Positions 21,137 to 31,548 of a stretch of DNA of 64,000 bases are shown piece after piece. The stretch is from Candidatus Falkowbacteria bacterium (GTDB lineage Bacteria > Patescibacteriota > Patescibacteriia > UBA11705 > JABHMO01). Location: the NCBI GenBank assembly GCA_018674305.1, contig JABHAL010000004.1, forward strand, positions 256,446 through 320,445, in the 5' to 3' direction. A program made the translations under genes and the position numbers. The notes under the pieces were generated by a model, which saw only the letters and a list, made by a program, of their open reading frames with translations, had not been told where the DNA came from and ran no database searches. Every line of letters starts with the position of its first letter. Within the stretch, counting starts at the first letter, position 1.

Positions 21137-21426
21137 GATAGCAACAGCTCTGATCTAATCAGGGCTTTTTTTATTAAGGATTACGGATTTGTACGGATGT
21201 ACGGATTAATAAAGATGATTATTGTAGCTCTGTATATTCGTACAAATCAGTAATCCGTCCTTGTTGATAATTAGCCACACAATATTTTCAGTAAACGCAC
21301 AAAATGTGCTATAATATAAATGCAAAATTTTATTAATAATTTTGGGTTTTAATTTTGTAATTTAAAAAAGAGGTATAAAGGTATTAATATATCTCCTTTA
21401 TCCCCTTTATCCCTTTTTAATTTTAT

Positions 21427-22437
21427 ATGGAAAAATTTTATCGTTCAATTTTGACTAATGCTTGGAAAATAAACTTGAGAAACAAGTGGTTGTGGTTACT
21501 TGGTTTGTTTGCCGCTATAATTGGGAATGGCAGTGTTTATGAAGCTTTGCTTCGTGGGTTTAATAATATTTCAGAAGGTCGCTCAGTGTTTTTTACATTT
21601 CGTGAGTATGTGGAATCTGGAGTATTTGGCATGTTTTCTTGGGCCAAGTTGTCAGCCTTGTGGCAGACAGATCCTTCAGCTTTTGGCATGAGTATGTTCT
21701 ATATGATAGTAATGATTTGCTTGATAGCAATTCTAATCACTATTGGAGTGATTGGACAAGGTGCATTGATCGCTGGAGTTATTGGTATTGATCAAAATAA
21801 AAAAGTAAAGCTGAAAAATGCGTTTCATGTTGGTGTTGAAAAATTCTGGCCGATTCTTGAATTAAATGTGATCACTAAAGTGTTTTTATTAGGGATTCTG
21901 ATATTCTTGGCTTATTTAGCTTCGTTAATTGTGTTTGCATCTTCAGCGTTTAATATTTTCATTTATGTTTTGTCATTTATAGTTTTTGTGATTTTGGGAA
22001 TAATCATTTATTTCCTAACTATTTATGGTACAGCTTATATTATTTTGCGAAATCAGGGACCATGGGGAGGCCTTAAAAATGCTTGGAAATTATTTACTAG
22101 GAATGTAATGTTGAATTTGGAAATGGGATTCTTGCTATTTATTTTGAATATTGTTGTTGGAATTTTGTTTTTCATTGCCAACTTCATAGTTATTTCTCCA
22201 ATTTTTGTCATTTATGTTTTATTCCTGTTTACTGGCGCAAAAATTATACCTGCAGTTTTAATGATAGTTATGATTTTAGTTTTTATTGCTGTTATGTTGG
22301 TTGTGGGATCTTGGTGGAGTTCTTTCCAATTAGGAACTTGGGCCTTGTTGTTTGAAAAATTGGACTCTTCTAATGCAAAGTCCAAGATTCAACGCTGGTT
22401 TGAAAACGTTAAAGGCCGAAAGAAAAAACGAAAATAA
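21427..22437 (+). CDS. Polytopic integral membrane protein, hypothetical
   Basis: Multiple long hydrophobic segments; basic C-terminus. Confidence 0.5.
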   Translation: MEKFYRSILTNAWKINLRNKWLWLLGLFAAIIGNGSVYEALLRGFNNISEGRSVFFTFREYVESGVFGMFSWAKLSALWQTDPSAFGMSMFYMIVMICLIAILITIGVIGQGALIAGVIGIDQNKKVKLKNAFHVGVEKFWPILELNVITKVFLLGILIFLAYLASLIVFASSAFNIFIYVLSFIVFVILGIIIYFLTIYGTAYIILRNQGPWGGLKNAWKLFTRNVMLNLEMGFLLFILNIVVGILFFIANFIVISPIFVIYVLFLFTGAKIIPAVLMIVMILVFIAVMLVVGSWWSSFQLGTWALLFEKLDSSNAKSKIQRWFENVKGRKKKRK

Positions 22438-22586
22438 ACTTATGTTCATTTAGCCTCCACACTGGGAGGGGATCATAGGGAGCATTCTGTTCCCAAAAAC
22501 AAAAACAAAAAACAAGACTGCCGCAAAACAAGGGCAGTTTTGTTTTTTAAAACTAAAAAATTCCTGAAGGAATTCTTTTTAGTTGT

Positions 22587-23723
22587 TTATTTTTTTACAA
22601 TTTTATAAATGTTCCGAATTACCTGTTGTCCTGGTCGAGAATATTGCCATTGATTTTCAAGTACTAAGCCTTTTGGTAATATGTTTCCTAGATGTATCGG
22701 GTATTGATTTTTAAGCATTTGAAACATGGGGATGATTATAACTATTGTTCCATTTTTAACTAAAACTTTTTTTAACGAATTAAAAGTTTTTGCATATAGG
22801 TTAGTTAAATCTTCGACTATGCTTTGCATTTTTTCTGGTGATTCACCACCGCGGAGAGGTGGACCAAGATAGGGCTCAGTTACAACTGCCTGAATTGATT
22901 CAGGTTTAATTACTCTATCTAGGGTTACAACGTTTTCTTGTTTAATAGTAGCGGTGACAGTTTGTTCTATTTGATCGGCTAGCCAATCAAGATTTTCCTT
23001 GGAATCAGAAATAGCCTTTTTGCTGGCATCAGTACCCGTTACTTTCTGATAATCTGAAAGTAAAGCCTGCTGTAGAACCGTACCAGAGCCACAAAATGGG
23101 TCCAGTAAGGCTTCATCCTTGCCAATCTGGGATAGATTGATCATAATTTGCGCTAGCTTAGGAGGGATCATCCCTGATCGGTCGTCTCTTGCTGGGCGGC
23201 CATAGTCCAATTGAGAATAAAGTTCAAATGGTTGCACCGCCAGAGTTTGACCTAAATAAAAATGGTTTTTATGTTTGAGTAAAACAAGTTCAGTGCCTTG
23301 CTTGTTCAAAATATTTTTTTTCACAATGACTGAACTTAGTGGTTGTTCTTTCCCAGTTACAAAACGAACCTTATGACCGTCTTCTTTTAGTAGCCTTTTG
23401 ATTTGTATTCCAAGTTTATTTGGATCTAGGTTATTATTGTAAACGCTGATGCCAAAGTTTATTTTTTTATCATCAATTTCAATTTCCTTAACCAATGCTT
23501 GAGGGGTTGGTTGGCCGATCTGTTCGATAACTTTCCCAAGTTTAATTGTCCCACCAAGTTGATTGATAAATTCTATTCCATTTAAATCATGTTCAATTTC
23601 TAGAATCAAAAAAGTAGCTTCGCTAGCCGTTTGACTGTAGGAAATTTTTTGTTTTTCTAAAACACTTTGAATCTCAGATTTAGATAATTCTGGATGATTA
23701 CCCAGAATAAAAAAGTATTCCAT
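22587..23723 (-). CDS. THUMP-domain RNA (guanine-N2)-methyltransferase-like, SAM-dependent
   Basis: SAM-binding motif DPFCGSGT, downstream catalytic EPY/PP region and N-terminal THUMP-like region. Confidence 0.65.
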   Translation of the reverse strand: MEYFFILGNHPELSKSEIQSVLEKQKISYSQTASEATFLILEIEHDLNGIEFINQLGGTIKLGKVIEQIGQPTPQALVKEIEIDDKKINFGISVYNNNLDPNKLGIQIKRLLKEDGHKVRFVTGKEQPLSSVIVKKNILNKQGTELVLLKHKNHFYLGQTLAVQPFELYSQLDYGRPARDDRSGMIPPKLAQIMINLSQIGKDEALLDPFCGSGTVLQQALLSDYQKVTGTDASKKAISDSKENLDWLADQIEQTVTATIKQENVVTLDRVIKPESIQAVVTEPYLGPPLRGGESPEKMQSIVEDLTNLYAKTFNSLKKVLVKNGTIVIIIPMFQMLKNQYPIHLGNILPKGLVLENQWQYSRPGQQVIRNIYKIVKK

Positions 23724-24090
23724 GGTTTTTAGTTAAAAGTATAAAAGTAAAAGGTAAAAGTATTTGATAAGGCACTCATTACAATATAATAATACTGTAA
23801 ATTTTTACCTTTGGACTTTTACCTTCTTTGCATTATAACAAAAATAAAAGGCTGTGTCAGTTTGCTCTACTAATAATGAGGAGAGAGATTGTTACAAGTA
23901 GAGCTTATTCCACAACCCTTCCGCACATCTTAGTATATTTGTAAATATTTGTCAAGAGCTTGCTACAAGATGAAGTGAATTTTGTTTATAGATAGTAACA
24001 TTGACTATTTTTAGCAGATTTGCTAGAATGTAATTACATTTAGCCAATAATCCGCATTATCCGCGTTAGATTAGCGGAATCTGTGTTTAT

Positions 24091-26076
24091 ATGAATATTA
24101 CCGAGCTGGCCAGAAAATTAAAAGTCAATACTCAAGAACTCAGGGATAAATTACCAGAGATTGGTTTTGATATTGGTCAAAAGGCAATTAAGGTAGATGA
24201 TAAATTAGCATCTAGAATAATTCGATCTTGGCGTGAATTTCAGGACAGGGTAAGACAGAAAGATGCTTATGAGGCTATTACTAATAAAGATGAACAAGGC
24301 AAAGTAATATTAGACAAAAAAGTTGAAATTCCAGGTGTCTTAACAGTTAGAGATTTTGCTGAATTATTGAAATTACCAGTAACGATTGTTATTCAGGAAT
24401 TGATGAAAAATGGAGTAATGGCATCTTTGAATCAACGAATTGATTTTGATACAGCAGCAATTGTGGCAGCTGATTTAGGTTATGAATCATCAGAGATTAA
24501 TGCAGAAGAAAAAACTGAATTAGATAAAGCTCAGAAAGTTTCTGATAAATTAACAGCTGAAAAAGAAGAGGATCTAAAACATCGAGCACCAATTGTAGTT
24601 ATCATGGGGCATGTTGATCACGGTAAAACCAAATTATTGGATGCAATTCGATCAACTGACGTGGTTGCTGGTGAAGCTGGTGGGATTACTCAGCACATTG
24701 GTGCATATCAGGTTGAGAAAAAGGGTCGTATGATCACTTTTATAGATACTCCAGGACATGAAGCTTTTACTGCGATGCGTTCACGTGGTGCAAAGGTGGC
24801 AGATATTGCCGTTTTAGTTGTGGCTGCCAATGAGGGTGTTAAACCGCAAACAGTTGAAGCTCTAAAGATTGCTCAAGAAGCAAAAATTCCAATTTTGGTA
24901 GCTGTAAATAAAATTGATTTGCCTGATGCCAATCCAGATAAAGTAAAACAAGAATTAGGTAATTATAATCTAGTGGCAGAAGAATGGGGAGGTAAGACCG
25001 CCTTTATTGCAATTTCTGCAAAGTTTAATAAAAATATTGATGCTATTTTGGACCATTTGATTTTAATGGCGGACATGGAAGAAGCAACATTGCGTGCCAA
25101 TCCAGACGGTGATTTTGTTGGTAGTATCATTGAGTCGCATGTAAATCCAGGAGCAGGTCCTGTAGCTACGGTATTGGTTCGTAACGGCACATTGAAAGTA
25201 GGTGATCATCTAGTTATTGATGGTGTGTTGTATGGTAAGGTTAAAGTATTGAGAGATTATCATGGAAAAGAAATCGAAGATGCTAAGCTTTCCGTACCAG
25301 CTGAAATTTTAGGATTCAAGATTGCCCCAAAGGTTGGTGATGTCTTAGAAGTGACCGATGATCCAAAATCAGCAGCAAAAGCCAAGTCATATAAAATGCA
25401 AAAAGAAGAAACTTTCATTAAACATTCAGCTGAAGATACTGAAAGTAGTGATGATTCAAAAATTACACAAATAAACTTAATTCTTAGAGCCGATGTACTT
25501 GGATCACAGGAAGCAGTTATCGAATCATTAACTAAAATTCAAAATGCAGATATTAAAATTAAATTTGTTTCTAAGGGATTGGGAAATATAACAGAGAGTG
25601 ATGTTCAGAGTGCAGAAGCAACTGGCTCATTGATTTTAGGATTCAATGTTATGCCTTCAACAGCAGCTACTGATTTAGCAAAAGAAAGTAAGGTTGAAAT
25701 TGAAACCTTTAAAATAATTTATGAATTAATTGATGAGGTCAAAAAAAGACTGAAAGAATTAATCAAACCGGAAGTAGTTCGACGTGATTTAGGAAAATTA
25801 GAAGTAATAGAGATATTCAAGAAAGCTGATAAGATGCAGGTTGTTGGCGGAAAAGTTATTTCTGGAAAAGTTGAATCAAATTCAAAGGTTGCAGTTTTAC
25901 GTGGTGAGGAATTTATAACTTCAGGTAAGGTGACTCAATTGCAAGCTGGAAAACAAGAAGTTAAGGATTGTGTTAAGGGTCAAGAATGTGGCATTAGCTT
26001 TGAAGGTCAGCCTTTAATTGAAAAAGGTGATATTTTGGATATTTATCAAGAAGAAGAAGTTTTTAAATCGTTATAG
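24091..26076 (+). CDS. infB: Translation initiation factor IF-2
   Basis: G-domain motifs [17 protein letters not shown]; C-terminal IF-2 domains. Confidence 0.95.
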   Translation: MNITELARKLKVNTQELRDKLPEIGFDIGQKAIKVDDKLASRIIRSWREFQDRVRQKDAYEAITNKDEQGKVILDKKVEIPGVLTVRDFAELLKLPVTIVIQELMKNGVMASLNQRIDFDTAAIVAADLGYESSEINAEEKTELDKAQKVSDKLTAEKEEDLKHRAPIVVIMGHVDHGKTKLLDAIRSTDVVAGEAGGITQHIGAYQVEKKGRMITFIDTPGHEAFTAMRSRGAKVADIAVLVVAANEGVKPQTVEALKIAQEAKIPILVAVNKIDLPDANPDKVKQELGNYNLVAEEWGGKTAFIAISAKFNKNIDAILDHLILMADMEEATLRANPDGDFVGSIIESHVNPGAGPVATVLVRNGTLKVGDHLVIDGVLYGKVKVLRDYHGKEIEDAKLSVPAEILGFKIAPKVGDVLEVTDDPKSAAKAKSYKMQKEETFIKHSAEDTESSDDSKITQINLILRADVLGSQEAVIESLTKIQNADIKIKFVSKGLGNITESDVQSAEATGSLILGFNVMPSTAATDLAKESKVEIETFKIIYELIDEVKKRLKELIKPEVVRRDLGKLEVIEIFKKADKMQVVGGKVISGKVESNSKVAVLRGEEFITSGKVTQLQAGKQEVKDCVKGQECGISFEGQPLIEKGDILDIYQEEEVFKSL

Positions 26077-26106
26077 TAAATAGTAAATAGTAAACCCTAA
26101 CCAAGA

Positions 26107-26245
26107 GGTTTTTTTTGTTACTCCTGATTAATCACTCCCCTCCGTCATTCCGGGCCGTGACCCGGAATCTGTGTGATGATTCATGAGATCCCGGATCAAG
26201 TCCGGGACGACAAGTGAGGGCGCGGGTTTTTTTGTTACTCTTGAC
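26107..26245. repeat. GC-rich ~100-bp structured element in the infB/GGDEF intergenic region. It has two perfect hairpins and is flanked by a direct repeat TTTTTTTGTTACTCYTGA. Possible REP/MITE-like element or structured RNA
   Basis: Hairpins attccggg-ccgtga-cccggaat and cccgga-tcaag-tccggg; GC far above flanks; flanking direct repeats at 26107-26125 and 26226-26245. Confidence 0.5.
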
Positions 26246-26269
26246 AAAATTAAAGTGTTTTGGTAAAGT
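26241..26269 (+). promoter_or_regulatory. Promoter TTGACA-N17-TAAAGT for the GGDEF-like gene
   Basis: Read directly; SD gggagga precedes ATG 26315. Confidence 0.45.
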
Positions 26270-26314
26270 CTTTTATTGATAAGGACCTTTAAATGGACAC
26301 AGGGAGGATGTGAA

Positions 26315-27065
26315 ATGTCTAATCCTACAGATACAGGTACAATTAATTGGTATGAATTGTATCAGCAAACTGAAAGACTGATGAAAAAGACTAGTTCTAA
26401 GCTTAAAGAAGCTGATGACTTGATTGGCTCTATGAGAGTCAAGGAAGATGAATTACTGGCAGAAATTGAGCAATTGAAGGAGAAACTGGATGAGTTTCAA
26501 ACAGATCAGCTAACTGATTTGATGCCATCCAAATTGTTCAATAAAATTTTAGAGAAGTATTTCTTACAAGCGCAACGAAGTCTTCAAAGTGTAACCAATA
26601 GTTTGGGGAAAGCTCCGGGGAAGTCGTTAACAATTTTAGTTATTGATGTTGATCGATTCTCAATGATCAATGATCAATGATCAGTATGGAAGTGATTTTG
26701 GCGATCTGATTTTGCAATTCGTGGCAATGGTTATTAGTAAAAAGATTCGTGGATGTGACATTGTTACCAGAAAAGGTCAACAGTTCCGGGTAGCGCTGAT
26801 TGATTGTGATGCAAAAGCTGGTATTATGAAAGCGCAGGAAATTTCTAAGAGAATAAATCGTCAGGCTTTCGGTAGTGGGCAGGACGACGAGGTCAAAATT
26901 GCTGTTACCATCGGGATCGCTACTTATGATCATAATATGACTTTACCGCAACTGCGTGAAAAAGCATTTTGTGCAATGAAGCATGGCAAGGATGCAGGTT
27001 GTAGGAATTGTGTGTCTGTATATGGGAAGAGTGGAGACTATCAAATTGTCTTCAAGCCTAGCTAA
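26315..27065 (+). pseudogene. Degenerate GGDEF-domain (diguanylate cyclase-like, GQQF instead of GGEEF) protein with an N-terminal coiled coil. It is split into two ORFs by a frameshift at a (CAATGAT)x3 heptamer repeat; removing one unit restores a single in-frame protein
   Basis: ORF1 ends ...LVIDVDRFSMINDQ* and ORF2 begins MINDQYGSDFGDL..RKGQQFRVAL..IGIATYD (GGDEF fold); tandem heptamer at 26662-26684. Confidence 0.6.
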
Positions 27066-27076
27066 TTAAATGACCC

Positions 27077-27104
27077 AACCCGGAAAAATTTCCGGGTTTT
27101 TTAT
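27077..27104 (+). terminator. Intrinsic terminator (cccggaaa-aa-tttccggg + T-run)
   Basis: Perfect stem read directly. Confidence 0.7.
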
Positions 27105-27320
27105 TTCTCACAACTGTTCTTGACAAATAATTTTAAGATGATAAAATTGTATTACAATGTAATACACTGCCATGCGTGAAGGAATTACCAATAATCAATA
27201 ATCAAATCCTAAACAATTACCTAAATAAAAATAACCAAACTATAAATATTTTGAGAGTTGTGAATTGAATATTATAATTTGTTTATTATTTGGTGGTTGT
27301 GATTTGGTCATTATATAGTT

Positions 27321-27461
27321 ATGCGATGTGTTGTAACCATTTCTTTGCCAGAAGAGATGTGCAAAGAAGTAGCAAAACAAATGAAAAAACATAAGTTTGT
27401 GTCTAAAAGTGAATTCATGCGACATGTTCTTCGTTTTTGGTTAGAGAATAATGGTAAATAG
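27321..27461 (+). CDS. Ribbon-helix-helix (CopG/Arc-like) small DNA-binding protein, 46 aa; not in the ORF track
   Basis: MRCVVTISLPEEMCKEVAK...SKSEFMRHVLRFWLENNGK matches an RHH beta-strand plus two helices; possible regulator or antitoxin. Confidence 0.45.
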   Translation: MRCVVTISLPEEMCKEVAKQMKKHKFVSKSEFMRHVLRFWLENNGK

Positions 27462-27585
27462 GTACTGATAATACTAATTTACTGATGTGAAAAAATAGAG
27501 TTAAAAATTATTTTGTATTGATGTTGGTGATTACTATTTAAATTTATTTATCAGTATATCAGTAACAATCAGTAATCAATTTCAT

Positions 27586-27903
27586 ATGGAATTAAAAGAC
27601 AACAACTTTGAACAAGAAGTTCTTAAGTACGAAGAGGGGCCAGTGTTAGTAGATTTCCATGCACCTTGGTGTGGACCGTGTCAAATGCAAGGTCCAATCA
27701 TTGAAGAGCTATCCAAGGAAATGCAGGACACTAAAGCAAAGGTATTTAAATTAAATGTTGACGAGAGCAATCAAACCGCTCAAAAGTATGGCGTAATGAG
27801 TATTCCAACATTGATTATTTTTGTTAAAGGGGAACCGAAGGAAACCATGAATGGTTTACAAAATAAAGATGTTCTAAAAGAAAAATTACAAGCGTTAATG
27901 TAA
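27586..27903 (+). CDS. trxA: Thioredoxin
   Basis: WCGPC active site; 105 aa. Confidence 0.9.
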   Translation: MELKDNNFEQEVLKYEEGPVLVDFHAPWCGPCQMQGPIIEELSKEMQDTKAKVFKLNVDESNQTAQKYGVMSIPTLIIFVKGEPKETMNGLQNKDVLKEKLQALM

Positions 27904-28032
27904 TTTAAATCCTAATATCTAAATCCTAAATCCTAAACAAATTAAAATTTTCAAAATGCAAATATGGAGATGAATTTAGTGATTTTGAGTTTTGGGCCTT
28001 GTTTAGAGTTTAGCGATTAGAATTTAGAGTTT

Positions 28033-29001
28033 ATGAATAAATATGATGTCATTATAATCGGTGGTGCTTGTGCCGGATTGTCCGCGGCGGTTTACACCGC
28101 TCGACGTGAATTAAAAACTGTGGTTTTAACTAAAGATGTAGGTGGCCAGTTAGCTATTACTACTGAAGTTGAAAACTACCCAGGAACTTTGTCAATCAAA
28201 GGACCTGAATTAGCTATGAAATTCAAAGAACATGCTGAAAAGTCTGGAGCAGAAATTAAATTTGCTGAAGTTACAGAGATTCAAAAAAAGGAATCTGGCT
28301 ATGTTGTTAAAACCAAGGAGGAAGAGTATGAAGCCCCAGTGGTTATACTCGCTTTTGGCTTAAAACAGCGCCTGCTGGGTGTTCCAGGTGAAAAGGAATT
28401 AACTGGTAGAGGTGTGGCTTATTGTGCTACCTGTGATGGCCCGTTATTCAAAGGAAAAAGGGTTGCAGTTGCTGGTGGTGGTAATTCTGCTTTTGATGCA
28501 GCGGACTATTTAGCAGATTTGGCAGAAAAAGTTTATATGTTTATTCGCCGAGACGTGTATCGAGCTGAGGACACTTTAATTGAGGCAGTCAAAGCAAGAG
28601 ATAATGTTGAAATTATAGATTTTATAGAAGTTGAAGAATTTATTGGTGCTCATAAATTAGAAAAAGTGAAATTGATGAATAATGAAACCAAGGAAAAAAG
28701 CGAACTTGAACTGGAGGGTGTTTTTATTGAAATTGGCTGGGAAAGTCAAGTTAAACAAATTAAAGGACTATCTGAATTGGTTGAAGTTAGCGAACGTGGC
28801 TTTGTTGTTGTTGATAATGAAGGCAAAACAAAAGCTGACGGAATATTTGCTGCCGGAGATGTTACCGATACTCCATTCAAACAGGCTGTAATTTCAGCGG
28901 GTGACGGCGCCAAGGCAGCTATGGGCGCAGCAGTATACATTCAACGCTCAAGAGGGAGAGAGATTGGAGATGTTTTGAGTGATAGAGCTAAGCGAAAGTA
29001 A
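28033..29001 (+). CDS. trxB: Thioredoxin-disulfide reductase
   Basis: FAD motif GGACAGLSAA, redox CATCDG, NADPH motif GGGNSA. Confidence 0.9.
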   Translation: MNKYDVIIIGGACAGLSAAVYTARRELKTVVLTKDVGGQLAITTEVENYPGTLSIKGPELAMKFKEHAEKSGAEIKFAEVTEIQKKESGYVVKTKEEEYEAPVVILAFGLKQRLLGVPGEKELTGRGVAYCATCDGPLFKGKRVAVAGGGNSAFDAADYLADLAEKVYMFIRRDVYRAEDTLIEAVKARDNVEIIDFIEVEEFIGAHKLEKVKLMNNETKEKSELELEGVFIEIGWESQVKQIKGLSELVEVSERGFVVVDNEGKTKADGIFAAGDVTDTPFKQAVISAGDGAKAAMGAAVYIQRSRGREIGDVLSDRAKRK

Positions 29002-29011
29002 ATAATGAATT

Positions 29012-29596
29012 ATGCAAGAATCAATTAAACCACAAGAAAGCCTAAAACAAAGTTTACAAAAAATTTCCCAAACTTTTAAAGATGATTTACACCAGCTTGG
29101 TCTTGGTGAGGTTGAAGGTGAAGAGTCACGTGATTTTGATTTTGAAAATTACGGGTTAAAGTTCGAACAATCCGAAGTTGAACGAGGGGAATTTAAATTT
29201 GAATATGATTTAATGCAACTGCAAGAAATGATTAAAGAATTAGAAGTGACTTTAAAAGTTGGAGGAGAAGAAGCTTGGCAAATGACTTATCGAGAAGGTG
29301 GACGTTTTTTGGCTGCTTGTTTTGCAGGTTTGGAATATCTTGAAGATCCGAAAGAAGCTTTTGCTACCTTGGTTTTTCGTTTAACAAAAAATCATCCTTG
29401 TGAGGATGGCAATAAACGAATTAGTTCAGTGATGTTTGTTCTTGGCTTGCTAGAAAATGGTATGCAAATTGAAGAAATTAAACAAAATATTGACCTTGAA
29501 GAGTTCGGGATGGTTATGAGCCAAATTGAAAGTGAAAAAGGCGATGAAGTTCGTGAAAAAATAAACAAGTTTCTGGCAGGTTTAGGGTATAAATAA
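29012..29596 (+). CDS. Fic/Doc-family protein with an acidic N-terminal extension (Doc-like HPCEDGNKR motif)
   Basis: HxFx(D/E)GNKR signature of Doc/Fic near the C-terminal half; 10 bp after the trxB stop. Confidence 0.55.
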   Translation: MQESIKPQESLKQSLQKISQTFKDDLHQLGLGEVEGEESRDFDFENYGLKFEQSEVERGEFKFEYDLMQLQEMIKELEVTLKVGGEEAWQMTYREGGRFLAACFAGLEYLEDPKEAFATLVFRLTKNHPCEDGNKRISSVMFVLGLLENGMQIEEIKQNIDLEEFGMVMSQIESEKGDEVREKINKFLAGLGYK

Positions 29597-29597
29597 T

Positions 29598-29632
29598 AAA
29601 AGTCACTAATTGATAGTGACTTTGTATTTTGT
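29598..29632. terminator. Bidirectional terminator (aagtcacta / tagtgactt) between convergent genes
   Basis: Read directly. Confidence 0.6.
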
Positions 29633-30178
29633 TTAACTATAGACGTGAATTGAATCTCTATCCTCTCCCATATAAGCACCACAGATTGTACAGTGGAGAT
29701 TTGACCCGCTATGCCCTGAAAGTGGCATCTCTCCAATAGTGTTTTCGTAACGAGATTCTGGTGAGCCAGGAACAATACCACAAGTACTGCATTTATAAAA
29801 TGGGGGAGCAAAGATTGTGTGATTTGTTCCAGTTCTTTCTTGTAGCTTTCTAAGTGATTTTTCAACTGCAAGGTTTGCTTCTGTGTCGTCAGGTTTTTTA
29901 GACTGCATTATGGTGACCATTTGATGGGTCATAATGAGAATATCATGCAGTGCTTTTTTCCCCTTGGAAACATAGATTTCTTTTTCTGGTATAATTTCGT
30001 CGAGATAGTATTTGTTGTCTTGTTGAATAACTTCATGGTTGGGAAATGAGTGTTGCAAAAAGGCAAGGACAGTATCAAAAACTTTACCTTGATCCTTAAG
30101 TAGCCTCATTCTTTCATCATGAATTTGTGCATCAAGCACAGTTCGTTGGAGTTCTAATTCCTCTAATTTATTACCCAT
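29633..30178 (-). CDS. Hypothetical protein with an N-terminal coiled coil and a C-terminal CxxC...HCxxC zinc-ribbon
   Basis: ORF with SD (cggaggtttataATG); Cys pairs CSTCG and HCTICG. Confidence 0.45.
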   Translation of the reverse strand: MGNKLEELELQRTVLDAQIHDERMRLLKDQGKVFDTVLAFLQHSFPNHEVIQQDNKYYLDEIIPEKEIYVSKGKKALHDILIMTHQMVTIMQSKKPDDTEANLAVEKSLRKLQERTGTNHTIFAPPFYKCSTCGIVPGSPESRYENTIGEMPLSGHSGSNLHCTICGAYMGEDRDSIHVYS

Positions 30179-30243
30179 TATAAACCTCCGTGTTTCAAAG
30201 AAATAATGAACATTGTTAATAAAATTATCATATTTTAAAATTT

Positions 30244-31524
30244 ATGTCAACACCATTTGAAAATGCAATTAAACAATTAGAAAAAGCTGCTCAAGTAATT
30301 AATCTTGATAATAAAGTTTTTCAATTGCTAAAAACTCCAGATCGAATTTTGCAAGTTAAAGTGCCAGTAAAAATGGACGATGATAGTTTGAAAATATTTG
30401 AAGGATACCGAGTTCAACATAATAATTGGGCTGGGCCATACAAAGGGGGTCTTCGTTATTATCCGACAGTTGATCTGGACGAAGTTAAAGCCTTAGCGTT
30501 TTGGATGACAATTAAATGTGCAGTGGCCGGGATTCCTATGGGTGGAGGAAAGGGTGGAGTTACCGTTAACCCAAAAGAGTTGAGTGAAGGTGAATTAGAA
30601 AGACTCAGTCGTGAGTTTGGTAAAGCTTTAGCTCCTAACATCGGACCGAAAGTGGACGTGCCAGCTCCAGACGTTTATACCAATTCAAAGATTATGAGTT
30701 GGGTGAAGGAATCATTTGTTGAATATCAAAAAAATATAATTAAAGAAAACGGTTTTGAATTGACTGAAAAACAAGAAAAAGAGTTTGATGCAGTTATTAC
30801 CGGTAAAGCAATTGATGAAGGTGGTAGTCTGGGCCGTGATCGTGCCACAGCAATGGGCGGATTTTACATCTTACAACAAATGGTTGAGACGCGATTAATC
30901 TCGTCTTTACAACCAACCATCGCCATTCAAGGTTTTGGTAATGCGGGTATGACCATGGCAGAGCTTTGCGCGGAAGCTGGTTATAAAGTTGTGGCCGTAT
31001 CTGACTCCAAGGGGGCTATTTATAATTCGGAAGGATTAGATATTAAAAAGGTGGTTGAACAAAAGAAATCCACAGGGCAAATTCAGGAGATTGAGGGTGG
31101 AAAGGAGATAACTAACAGTGAATTGCTGGAGTTAGAGGTGCACGTTTTGGTCCCAGCTGCCTTAGAAAATGTTATTACCAAGGACAATGCAGATAATGTT
31201 AAAGCCAAGTTTATTATTGAATTGGCCAATGGGCCGGTAACTCCAGAAGCAGATGAAATTTTAGCTAAAAATAGCATAAAATCAGTGCCTGATGTATTGG
31301 CTAATGCTGGTGGCGTAACTGTCAGTTATTTTGAATGGCAACAGAATTTAGATAATAGCTCCTGGACAGAAGAGGAGGTTCTTGCTAAGCTAAAGGAGGT
31401 TATTATTCCTGCCTGGAAAGAAACTTTGCAAATTCACCAAGAAAAGCAAATTGACTTAAGAACAGCTGCTTTTGTCCGAGCACTGGAAAGATTGAAAAGA
31501 CTTTGCTATACTATAAATACATAA
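30244..31524 (+). CDS. gdhA: Glutamate dehydrogenase (Glu/Leu/Phe/Val dehydrogenase family)
   Basis: Catalytic K-region GGGKGG, NAD(P) Rossmann GFGNAG. Confidence 0.9.
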   Translation: MSTPFENAIKQLEKAAQVINLDNKVFQLLKTPDRILQVKVPVKMDDDSLKIFEGYRVQHNNWAGPYKGGLRYYPTVDLDEVKALAFWMTIKCAVAGIPMGGGKGGVTVNPKELSEGELERLSREFGKALAPNIGPKVDVPAPDVYTNSKIMSWVKESFVEYQKNIIKENGFELTEKQEKEFDAVITGKAIDEGGSLGRDRATAMGGFYILQQMVETRLISSLQPTIAIQGFGNAGMTMAELCAEAGYKVVAVSDSKGAIYNSEGLDIKKVVEQKKSTGQIQEIEGGKEITNSELLELEVHVLVPAALENVITKDNADNVKAKFIIELANGPVTPEADEILAKNSIKSVPDVLANAGGVTVSYFEWQQNLDNSSWTEEEVLAKLKEVIIPAWKETLQIHQEKQIDLRTAAFVRALERLKRLCYTINT

Positions 31525-31548
31525 GAAAACTAATAATTTTCAAACACT

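Noticed and set aside
26150-26215. Possible tRNA within the GC-rich intergenic element
   Set aside because: Hairpin loops (atcaagt / ccgtga) do not match T-loop or anticodon-loop consensus and no acceptor stem is apparent.
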